Assembly (NCBI GenBank): GCA_021613535.1
Contig: CP075497.1
Location: 6,944,001-7,008,000 of the forward strand
From: Adineta vaga
Lineage: Eukaryota; Animalia; Rotifera
Length of the DNA stretch: 64,000 bases
Reading direction: 5' to 3'
The notes beneath the pieces are model-generated. The model was not told where the DNA came from. It was given only the letters and a program-made list of their open reading frames with translations, and made no database searches. This document shows, one piece after another, positions 26,601 to 38,285 of this stretch (positions within the stretch are counted from its first letter, which is position 1; the number at the start of each line of letters is the position of its first letter). The translations under genes were made by a program, and so were the position numbers.

Positions 26601-28604
26601 GATTATATTCGTGAACCATTCTTTCGACAACTTGTCATCAGTTCATGTTTACAATCAACGAGAGATCTACTCAATCGAACACGAATACGAATTCCATCAA
26701 ACGAAGGACGCAATATGATGGGTATTGTTGATGAATACAATGTTCTCAAACCAGGCCAAGTGTTTGTTCAATTTACTCTACTTAATCAAGAATCCAATAA
26801 TAACCAAAAGAACAAGGAAACTCTTATTCTCGACAATCAAAAAGTTGTCATTACAAAGAACCCATGTCATCATCCAGGTGACATTCGAACATTCACCGCA
26901 GTTGATTATCCTCAATTGAGACATCTCAAAGATGTAGTGATCTTTTCACAACAAGGCGAACGGCCAGCTCCACATGATATCAGTGGATCGGATCTTGATG
27001 GTGATGAATATCTTGTTCTTTGGCACAAAGATTTTGTTCCATGTCGCACAGATAATGCTCAGCCTTATGATTATGATTCAAAAATACAGACTGAGGATCA
27101 CCCTAGAGCAAGTGACAGAGACGTTATCGCAAATAAAATACTCGAAATTGCTGAACAAGATTGTCTAGGAAGACTTTCAAACTTACATTTGGCATATTCT
27201 GATAAGTTTGGTGTTGACAGTGATGTGATACCAAAAGACGGTGTCCTATCAACAATAAAATTAGCTGGTGCAATAAGCCAAGAAGTTGATAGTGGTAAGA
27301 CAGGATATCATCCTCTGAATGAAGCTAATATAAGAAGGTTAAATGATGCATTGAAAAACGAACGACCTGATTACATGGACAATGCAAATTTTGATCATTA
27401 TAAATCAGATCATATTCTTGGTATGACTGTTTTCTTCATTAACTAATGATTATGATTATGAATTGTATATTTAGGTGAATTGTATCGCTCGTCAAAACGA
27501 ACACTACCAGGATGGAATCGATTGGTTCGATATCATCGTCATCTTCGTCACTTAGAAGTACGAACGCATATTGATCCAGATGAAGAAAGAGAAGACGAAG
27601 GAGACAATCAGGACAATAAAAACACAGGCATTCAAATTGATCCATCATTTGTGAGTGCTATTGATCGTAATCACCCTCATTATCAGGAATGCGTTGAATT
27701 TGCCAAGAAACTAGCGTTGGTATATCGTCAAGAAATGTTTGAAATTCTGAATCTATATGGTTTATCCCATGAAAGTGATTTATGGTGTCGAAATTCCATC
27801 AACAGTCTCACTGGTGAACTTGAAGATACTGCTTATACAGAACTTGAACAACTGGTGACACGAACGAAAACTCGTTTTCATACAGAACAAGTCATTTATT
27901 GCGAGAAAGGCGAATGTAATGATAATAGTCCACTAGATGATTTGTGTCATACTTGCCGAAAGCGACAACAAGCGATGAGTGTGGCATGTTACTGTGAATG
28001 CTATGGTAACAATCATGCTCTAGAAGATGCACCGATTTTAAGTTTACCATGGTTATTTGCTACTCCCCTTTTGCAACATCGAGTAGATCAACAGTCTTCA
28101 TCATCATTACGAGAAGGCCCACTTGGCCTTGCAATGCAGGAATCCCTCTACTTAATGTTCGAGAGACGCCGTTTTTGGCTCAATGATTTAAAAGCAGAGT
28201 TTGCAACATCAACTAACTCGAAATTGAAAGAAGTGCATCTCAAAGTGAATCTTTGTATATTTATTGAAATAGTTCAACAATATATGCAACCGTATATGAA
28301 ACAAAAGGAGTATTCACATTGGCCAATGATTCTAAGTCGTTTCATTCAACGTTTAGAAGGATTGGAAGCGAACGATGATTGGACACTTGTGATGAAATCA
28401 CATATTGTAAACGAAGTTGATACGTATGTTGTTTTGCTGGTATCTGAAGAAATAGAAGATGAATTGATGCATGACTATTTCGACCAATTATTAAAGACAT
28501 GTTATGAAAAAGGACGATTAACAAATGATATTGCTTTCCTGAAAATTAGTGAAGCCATTATATTATTACTACAAAAAATGGCTATAAACCAGACAATTTT
28601 CTAG
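23623..28604 (+). CDS. Eukaryotic RNAi-type RNA-dependent RNA polymerase, ~1508 aa; exons 23623-23679, 23743-25767, 25826-25939, 26220-27420, 27475-28604
   Basis: TNRVVR, SQSQLRE, KYAARMALCFSTT, FTDGCG, AVQFRYGGCKG, MMGIVDEYNVLKPGQVFVQ, TKNPCHHPGD and the catalytic SGSDLDGDEY motif. Splice phases are consistent. Confidence 0.96.
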
Positions 28605-29172
28605 AAAAACAAAAACTTTTCTTTCTTCTATTATATCTGATGTGTCGTTCTCTTTTTAATCTAGATCATAATTCAAATTTTAATTATATAGTTTAGGGAT
28701 CTCTTTAAGTTCGAATTGATTTCAATTTTAAGCTTATTCAACCCTGAATTTATGATATGCGATTTTTTCTATTTTAAAAAATTGATTTTATTGAATACGG
28801 TGACACTTGCATTCATGTGTATCGAGAAACGACATTAAGTTTTGATACTGTCACATATCTTGTGTGCATTTGAAAACCAGTGAGTTGTCTCTTATTTAAC
28901 AAGGAACCATTCGATAGACTAACATAATTCATTCATTCATTTTGAATAAAACTGAAATGTGATAAATAAATGAAAATCTTGCATCTTCATTTGATTGTCG
29001 ATAGCGCCGTCTACATTTACTCTAGTTACTATTGGTCGTTATTTCATCTTCTTAATTTTCTTCTCTTTCTCTCTTCTTCTTCTCCTCAAGTGAGTGTGAG
29101 CATGATCTTGATCAATACGTAATTTTAAAATATTGTTTTTAATAGATTATTCTACCTATTTTACCTATAATC

Positions 29173-31424
29173 ATGATGGAATTTGATAATGTTCCTCTTG
29201 ATATAAATACAAATAATGAAAATAAAATCCTCTCATCATCATTACTAGACGAAATAACATGTGCTATTTGTTTGGATATATTCGAAGAACCAAAACGAAC
29301 ATCATGTTTACATGTTGCATGTCGTCGTTGTTTAGAAGAATATCATCATTCATGTAAAAATGAGTCGGATGTTGCTACTTGTAAGATTGTCTTTTGAATT
29401 CAATCATTAAATGATTGATTCTTTCTGTGTTCTTTTTCTTCACTAGGTCCTCAATGTCGAGCACCATCCATTCATTTACCAAACGGTGATGCTAGTTGTC
29501 TTCCACCAGCAATTGATAAAGAACAACTGATAAAAATCTATCGACACGAGCAAGAAGTTGAAAATAAACATATCGGTAAGTTGCAAAACTAAATATCGTT
29601 GATTTCGTTCAATAAAACTCTCGTTTAGGTCTATGTTCATTATGTCAAAATGAATCAGCTAATCTCTATGGTCGTTGTTTTCAATGTCAAGAAAATTATT
29701 GTCAAATATGTTTTGGATATCATGCACATTTTCATTCGGCACCATCTCATATTACTCGAACTTTTAATGAAATTCGTCTTTTACCAAAAGCTCCAATTGA
29801 ATTTAGTGAAAATACATCTCTTGTTTGTTCACAACGGCATAATAAACGACCACTGGAATTTTTTTGTACGAAATGTTCCGAATGTCTTTGTTCGGAATGT
29901 CTTATCGATGAACATACATCTTATCATCGACAACAACATCATACGATAAAACTTTTATCTCAAATTGCACAAGAAAATCGTTATCAATTAGAACGTTTGT
30001 ATGTAAATAAATTAAAATCTTTACATCGAGAATTAAATGAAGCTATTGAATATATAAGTAAAATTCTTGATCGTGATCAACGTTTATTTCTTATTTTTGA
30101 ACAATTACAAAAACAAGAAGAAAAAGTCAATGAACTTGATAAATTAATTCAAACACTAGTTAATCATGCACACGATGTTCATGTTGTATCATATGAAAAA
30201 GAAGCCAAAGAACAATTAACGGAAATTTTACATGAAAGACCACCAAGACCAAGACAAGGATTTTTACTTAATGGATTAAGATTTGAACCTATTTCAAGTA
30301 AATATAAATCGATCGATATCGTTCTATTTTTCATTATTAAGTATCAAAAGTAATGTTCCTAGAACAGAAACTGTCAAAAACTACTCTGTTTAACTTCACA
30401 ATTAAATCTCATAGGAATTCTATTGAAACCTTCGTTTATTGATCACAACTAATCTTCAAAAAGTCTAGATCATACTCTTTCTAATTGGTAATCTTCTTTT
30501 CTTCTAGACGCAAAATCTTTGATGAGAATAACATTACCATTTGAAGTACTTCCAACAGTTAACGATCCAATTGCTCAACATGTTGAACATGTTTATCTAG
30601 ATTTTATTCAAGTGAAAAATAAAACCTATTCAAAACCAATAATTGGTTATCAAGTATCTTATGAACAATCTGATTCGACATTTTTACGTCTTTTTGGTTC
30701 ATTTATTCCTCAACAAATGAAACAATTTACATGTTCACTTTATACATATTGTTATCCGAATAAACAATTTATTAAACAAGATACAACAGAATTTCTTTTT
30801 AGTTTTCCCAAAAGATTTGATCAAGAAATCAAACAAAAAAGTAAACAAGATCTTATCACTTATACAGATTCTGATGATCAGATAACAATTCTCTATGATT
30901 ACAAAATGGATTTGATCACAGTTAAACAAATCAATCTTGTCTTCGGTTTAGCAATACATGAAAGAAAGAAAGAAAATTTTCTTGGTTATGATTTACAATT
31001 AACATCAATTCATATTCGTCTATTATCTAAAAAGCAAAAGCTACTTATCTGTGGATTAAAATCAAATAATAATAAATTAATTTGTTTTATGTATGATTTA
31101 AATACACTCGATATTCTTGATACATATTCTTGTTATATTGGACAAAATATTCAACATATTCTTGATGTTATGATATATAATGATGAGACAATCTTTCTAT
31201 GTTTTCAAACTGTTGATCAACGATTATTTATGTGGATTGGAAAAGAATATATGGAAGAAATAGGTTTCAGTGGAATTGAACTTGGAGAAAATAAATGTAT
31301 CATTGATCGATTAGCGATTAGTGAATACATGGATATATTAGTAGCTTATCGAAATATAGAACAAGATGATACAAGAACTTGTTTTGCTATGAGCAAATAT
31401 TTAATTCCATATAGTGACAACTAA
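29173..31424 (+). CDS. TRIM-family E3 ligase: RING, two B-boxes, coiled coil and a divergent beta-rich C-terminus
   Basis: CAICLDIFEEPKRTSCLHVACRRC...CPQCR (RING), CSLC...RCFQCQENYCQICFGYH (B-box1), CSQRHNKRPLEFFCTKCSECLCSECLIDEH (B-box2), then a heptad-rich segment. Confidence 0.88.
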
Positions 31425-31635
31425 ATTTTATGACTTTTTGGATACGTTTTTTTTTGTTTTCTTGATTTCGAACGAATAAAATACAATCTGATGATACAAG
31501 ACATTTTCCTATGTTTATAGATTTTATTCTAGAATGTTGTTTTTTGATTGATCTTATTGTTAATTTTGTTGAATAGAACTAATCAACATGAAACATGAGT
31601 GCAGAAAAAAACGAAGAAAAATCAGTAAACTATTC

Positions 31636-32221
31636 TTAGAAAGCACCACCACCGACAGCACCTGCTGCAGCTTGTGGACCGAGAAGAATCGATCGTTGTT
31701 CTCGACTAATTTGTTCGGCAACTTGTAATAATTCTTTTTGAATTAGAATTGGAAAAACAAGAACACACATTGTTGAAGTTACCCTAGATTAATCAATGAA
31801 TATCAGCGAATGTAAAAGAAAATCTATTCTATGTAACTTACCACCATGCTGCTGAACGACCTTTGCTATAAGCAAATTTTGATGTATCAACCACTGCACG
31901 ATTAACTTTTCCAACGGTATTCTGAACACTTTCTGGAAACATTTCTTTCAATGCAGCAATACGTTCAAGTATGGTTTCATCTTCTAACAATAAATCATCA
32001 TCATCATCCTCTTCGTTCACATGTCTCACAGTTGTTGTCATCATTGGTTGATGAACACGAACTGCTTGTTGTTGAATAGCTTCGATTAATTCTGGATCAA
32101 TTGAATCATTTTCCATTAACGATCCGGCTGTTGCTGAATTCATCATCATCATTTCAGCAGTTGGAGAGAATTCAAGACCATCTTGTGATGATAAAAGTTG
32201 TCGGAGAACTTCTTCATCCAT
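31636..32221 (-). CDS. TOMM22: Mitochondrial import receptor TOM22, 2 exons
   Basis: Acidic tract then EDETILERIAALKEMFPE, SAAWW|VTSTMCVLVFPILIQKE (TM), EQRSILLGP. Confidence 0.92.
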
Positions 32222-32725
32222 AATTTTATTTTGTTTTTTTTTAATTTTTTGATTTCAAATCTAAAATTTAGAATTTACTTCATATTTTAACAGATATACA
32301 TTACAATCGATAATGATTTATCTAAAGAAATAAATATGTACATATTAATGAAAATAAACCTCAACCGATAGAGCATAGTTTTTATCAAAATATTCATTTG
32401 GTGTTTTTTTTTTCGAACAAAAAGAAATTTCATCAATAATACAGAAGAAAAAAAAAATAATAAAATACAGAAAAATAAAGATACTTGGAAGATCCACTAT
32501 ATAGAGATACTTAACTTTCTTGATTAGAATGAATGAATGAAAAATAGATCGTATTATTTCTTTCGTTTTTGATTAATCACGAATAATCAAAGAAGAAAAT
32601 TATAATCGACAATCACTTGAGAAATTTATACATAGAAACTGTTCATTTATCCGAAGAACATCTAATTTCTAACACGAAAAGAGTATTTATTGAATGAAAG
32701 ACAACAATCATTGAAAATCTCCTGT

Positions 32726-34932
32726 TTAATCCACTTCTTCTACACTATCATTATTTTCATGTTGATTGCTGTTACTCGATTTACGTCTTGTTCGTCTTCG
32801 GATATTTTTTATCAGTTTTAATTCGTCTTTTTCATCATTATCACGATTAAATACATCGAATCGATTGAGTTCACTAACTCGATCAGGTCCTTGATCACTT
32901 GCAGATGCACTACATGATGCTAATTGATGATCATCACTCGTTGGAAATGCTTCACTATCATCACCAGCTGATATATCACTGTCAGGACGTTTTTGTTTAT
33001 CAACAGCTGATTGAATTTGCTGTTCTAGTTCGATCGCTCGAGGATCGGATATAAATCGTTCTGGAAAAAAAACAAATGACATAAGAAAATAGATGAAAAA
33101 ATAAATTTTAAATACCTTTATCAGCAGCAAAACCAGGTGGTCGAAGACATAAATTAATTCGGCCATCAAGTGCTAAACGAAGAATATGGTTAGCAGCTCG
33201 ATAAACATCAGGACGTGATGCTTTTGCTGTAAGAAATCCACGTTTTAATGCCCATGCTACAAGAAAAATCAATACACATATCGAAATCTTTTGTAATCTA
33301 CAACCATTCGAGAGGAATCTTACCTTCACAAATATCCATGGCACTATAATTCGGTGTATCTTGCTCTAATCTTTCGATTTTAAGGATCTTTGTTATTGGT
33401 AACCATTGAGCAAGGTATCCAACAGATGTATACGGCTCTTGCACTTGTGCAATTGGATAAATTCCAGCTAGAATCTTTTGAAAAACAAAACAAAATGTTA
33501 ATTTTTACAAAATTATATAGTAGATTTTTCACTTACTTGTAATGGTCGTTCAACATAAGAAGGAAAAACTAAACCTGGACAATCACATAAACGAACAGTT
33601 GATGTTAACTGTATCGTTTGAAAATGTTTTGTATGTCCTGGTGTACGTGATACACTGACAACTTTATGACCCACAATACTATTTAAAACTGACGATTTAC
33701 CAACATTTGGATAACCTGTAAAACCTAATGTAATATGATTAGTCGTTATATTCGTATTTGTTAATGGTGAAACATCAATGTTCTCTTGTTTGATATCATT
33801 AGTCATCGTTTCACCTTCCATACATTCTTGAATATGTTGTTTCCATGATGATAAATCAATACGTGAACCAACAAGAGATGATATGCACTCAAATAATGCC
33901 AATGGACCAATTGCGTAATAATTTTTTCGACGAACAATTCGTGCCATAACTTGATAATTATCAAAATCGCCACGTGTTGTTGATAAATCTTTTGGATACG
34001 ATGTATATGTAAGAATATGTAATTGAGGAAATTTTTGCGAAAAATAATCTTTGACAGCGACGACAATTGATGGTGGTGCAAGGTCGATTTTATTCAAAAT
34101 AACAATTAATTGTTTCTTATGAACGCGTGTCACATAATCATAAAGTGTTGGAGAAAAATGAAGAACCTAGAAAAACGATAAATGACATGCTACGATCAAT
34201 AGAAGAAAATTTAAATTACAGCAAAACGAATATCGACAATCATTAGAATAATATCACAAATTTCGACTGTTCGCCATAATTGTCGCCATGTTTCTAAATT
34301 CATTTCAAAATAACTGAGATGTTCCGGTTCAAAATTAGCAAAGATTTTATCCAAATAATTCTAAATAGAAATTTATTCTTGTAATAAAAACGAAAAAATT
34401 TTCTTTTACATTGAAATATGTTTTTTCTTGTTCTTCTAATTTTTCCTTAGTCATATCGTATGTCCATGGTGGTCGTATAGGCATATCAAGAGCACTACCA
34501 GGTCGATAGATTTGTTCAATCGGAATTTCCAAAGATTCTTCTGGAAGTTTTTTAAGTGGTAATTGAGCGAGTTTTTTTCGTCGATCAATCTCGTCACGAG
34601 ATTCACGTTGAAAATGAAGACGATATCTAAAAACTAAATGATTCAGTATTGAAGATATCAATGAAGCACTTACCGATTTGGATTATGTCCTGTCGGATCA
34701 CGAACAGGTTGTTCATTAATTCGACGACGAGCATTATGTGCCGTGTTCACATCAAAAGTACCTGATTCTTCATCTGAATCAGCCCATTTGTCACCTAGAT
34801 AGAAATTGATTGATAATTGTATTTTCAAAGACAACAATGAAAATTACCTTGTGCTCGAATTTTTTCTCTTTTCAATTTCAATTGTTCTTTTTTCTTTTTG
34901 GAACTAAATGGTTTCTTTCTTGCACCACTCAT
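32726..34932 (-). CDS. GNL1: Circularly permuted GTPase GNL1 (YlqF/YawG family)
   Basis: RKKPFSSKKKKEQLKLKR start, YFEMNLETWRQLWR, LNKIDL (G4), GYPNVGKSS (G1), SRTPGHTKHFQT, LCDCPGLVFPS (G3), RPDVYRAANHILR. Confidence 0.92.
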
Positions 34933-35249
34933 TGATCGTTTTCTTATGATAAAATCTTTAAAAACGAAATTGAATTACATTAAGTTTCAATAAAAAAAAA
35001 AGAGGAAGAAGCTTATTTTTATTATTCTCAAGAAAAAATATCCAAAAAAAAGCGAAAAATTCATTATATATGATAACATATACACATATAAATTGAAGGA
35101 AAAATAATGCTTGATGCAATTATATAATGCAAGAAGAAAGCGACCATATCTTCAAATCACAATAATGCTTCGCATTCATCTAAGTATCGTTGAAGTTCGT
35201 TGTCATATGCAAATGAAATTAGGATAAAAGAAAAAAAATAGATGGTTTT

Positions 35250-37384
35250 TTATTGAGGACTTTGATTTAAATATTGATTGATCGGTGGTTTTTTTCCAAT
35301 ACAGAATACATTAAATCCAAAACTTAATAATTGATCATGATCGAGAATTAGACGACCATCAAAAATAAATGATGGCTTTTTCATTGTACTGTAGATCAAT
35401 TGATAATCTAATTGCTGAATAATAAAGATTGATTATTTACACAAGAAGAATATTCTATTAAGATAATTTACTTTAAATTCATCCCATTCAGTACAAATAA
35501 CAAGCGCATGAGAATCTTTGGCGGCTTCGTAAGCATCGTTAGCTATATAAACATGTTCACGTACTAAAATTTTAAAAAAAAACGAAATCCTCATCAATCT
35601 CACGATCAACAATGATATCTTACATTCATTTTCTGTTTTTCCAGTTTGTTCAGATAGATCAAGAAAAATTCGTGCAACTGGTACTTTTGGATCATAGATG
35701 AGTAATGATGCACCTTCAGTCAATAAATATCGACAGACATAAATACTCGACGATTCTCTAATAAGAGAAAAGAAAACAATTGAAATCTTAAATTTATAAT
35801 TATCTCTCTAATATAAATACCGTGTATCAGCTGTATCTTTTTTAAAAGCAAAACCTAAAATAGCAATTTTCTTTCCACTAACACTTCCGAATAAATTTTG
35901 TACAATCATTTGTGCAAATCGTTCACGTTGCCAATCATTGATTTTAATAACTTGTAACCAATACTGTGCAACTGGTTCTAATTTTAGAGATTCAGCAAGA
36001 TAAATGAGATTATAAACATCTTTTTGAAAACAACTTCCACCAAAGCCTATCAAATAATATTAACTTATTGAACCATAAGAAAAATTTCATTTACCAATAC
36101 TAGCATTTAAAAATTTACTCCCAATACGTGAATCTAAGCCAACTGCTTTTGCTACTTCACTTACAGATGCACCTGTTGCTTCACAAACAGCTGAAATTGT
36201 ATTAATACTTGAGATACGTTGAGCTAAAAATGCATTAGCAACCTAAACAAATCGAAATGTATGTAGAGAAGAATAAAAGCGATAACTAACGAGTTTGGAT
36301 AATTCGGATGACCATGTATTCGTTGTGAGAATTTTTTCTTTTGGCACCCAATGTTCATAGATCCATGCTAGTTTTTTTATAGCAAAAGATCCATCGACTG
36401 TTTCATCACCACCAATCAAAACTCGATCGGGTGCTAGAAGATCATGAATAGCTGAACCTTCGGCTAGAAATTCTGGATTTGATAGAACTTGATAACTAAC
36501 ACCCGGTTGTTTATTTGTTTTTAAAATTGTTTTTATTGATTCAGCTGCTTTAACTGGTACGGTCGATTTTTCTACAACGATTTTATTACTAGTTGCAGTA
36601 TGAGCAATCTGTCGTGCAGCTTCTTCAACATAACGTAAATCCGGTGCTCGACCCTATGAATACAAGAACTAAATTCAGTACATAGAACACCTATCATTTC
36701 TCTTCAATAGCAATTTAATCTAAATTTGAAGTATAGAATGTTATGCAGCAGCATTACTACCTGATATTTTTCTAATATATTTCATATCTTTTACAATCTG
36801 ATATTTTGATGAAATTTTGTTTTTTTTAAAGTAAAAATGAATTTTTTGTTATGTTACTTACATTACCAAAGCCAAAGGACTTTGTAGGTGTATTGACACT
36901 AATAAAGATTAGATCTGCTTCTTGAATTGCAGTTTTTGTATCAGTTGAAAAGAATAAATTACGATTACGAATTTTTTTAACAATTGCTTCTAATCCGGGC
37001 TAAAAACGATCGTTTCGATATCGTTATAAAGAAACTTAATTTGTTTAACTAACTTCAAATAATGGTAAATTATCAGAATTCCATGCAGCAATTCGATCAA
37101 CACTAACATCAACAACTGTTACTCGTACTTCAGGACATTTACTAGCAATTATGGCACAAGTTGGACCACCGACATAACCAGCACCTAATGAAAATCAACA
37201 TTTAATTTTCGAACAATAAATGAAGAATTTTACCAATGCAACAGATTCGAAACGTCGGATTATCACTATTCGAATTATCAGTTTCAGTTTCTAAAATGAA
37301 TTTTATCAATACAATTCCAACTGTTAAAAAAATTGAGATAATACCTGAATGATGTGATTGCATTCTGTTGTGACCAGTCGACAT
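35250..37384 (-). CDS. UGDH: UDP-glucose 6-dehydrogenase
   Basis: RICCIG|AGYVGGPT Rossmann motif, [34 protein letters not shown], catalytic [31 protein letters not shown]. Start is at 37384 or 37363. Confidence 0.97.
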
Positions 37385-37444
37385 CTTTGTTGATTATTTT
37401 GTTTCAGAAAGAAGAAAAACAGAATCTAAAAAAAAGAGGAAAAT

Positions 37445-38128
37445 TTAACATTTCATTATATCGAGAACATGAGATTCATCACAGTCAATATGCATATACG
37501 GTTGCGATTCAAATGCTAAACAAATTTCTTCAATTTCCAAACGAATTTCACCCGTTTGTTCAAATATTTCTTTACAGATACGATGAAATTTCTTTTCAAA
37601 CTGAACTGGATCATTCAGTTTTTTCACAAAACGTAAAAACGACGTATGAACAATATTTGGTATATGTAACGCAGGCTGTCCATTTTCTGGTATGCAGATA
37701 TTTTGAATCGTTTGTCGAAGATTCTCCATAGCATGATGTTCATCTTTATAGTAAAAGAAACCAGCAGCTTTCGAAAGTTGAATTGTATCAAGTGTAAGAC
37801 AGATAGATTTGTTTTTTGAAGTTTGTTTCAAGTTTTTAAAACATTCTTTCCAATATTGTAAACATTTTTCAGGAGATTCAGGCCAGGGATGTTTAAAATT
37901 ATATAATGTTGTTATTGTTATATGTAAATATGCGAGAGGATAGAGATAAATCGATTGTTTTTCATCATCAGTGAAATTATTGTATAATTCTTGAATTAAT
38001 TTATGATAAAAATCAGCAAATCGAATGGGTTTAGGTTGATGAAATAGTGCACAGATAATTAGACCGAACGTTTCTTGAGGTTCTTTGCGGACTATCTGTT
38101 CGATAAGTACATCGGTTTCAAAATCCAT
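37445..38128 (-). CDS. Intronless 2H phosphoesterase-superfamily protein
   Basis: 227-aa ORF with two HxT/S motifs about 90 aa apart in hydrophobic context: YPLAYLHITIT and IPNIVHTSFLRF. Acceptor-like TTTTCTAG 26 nt before the ATG. Confidence 0.75.
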   Translation of the reverse strand: MDFETDVLIEQIVRKEPQETFGLIICALFHQPKPIRFADFYHKLIQELYNNFTDDEKQSIYLYPLAYLHITITTLYNFKHPWPESPEKCLQYWKECFKNLKQTSKNKSICLTLDTIQLSKAAGFFYYKDEHHAMENLRQTIQNICIPENGQPALHIPNIVHTSFLRFVKKLNDPVQFEKKFHRICKEIFEQTGEIRLEIEEICLAFESQPYMHIDCDESHVLDIMKC

Positions 38129-38285
38129 TTTTCCAATAAATGAATAGTAAAATTCTAGAAAATATATCGATTATATCTTAATTCAACTAAAGCATAAGAT
38201 CAGTTTCAAAAAGAATATTTCGTAAGTTATTATCTGAAAATAAAAGATTTCTTTTAGAACAATAACAATATTCCAATTCCAAGGT

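Noticed and set aside
31424-31636. Convergent TRIM and TOM22 3' ends as a natural dsRNA source
   Set aside because: AATAAA signals at ~31475 (+) and ~31525 (-) predict abutting rather than overlapping transcripts.
32222-32725. TOM22 as a certain member of the minus-strand operon
   Set aside because: The gap is ~500 nt, GNL1 has a poly(A) signal near 32690, and possible cis donors exist, so an independent promoter is equally plausible.
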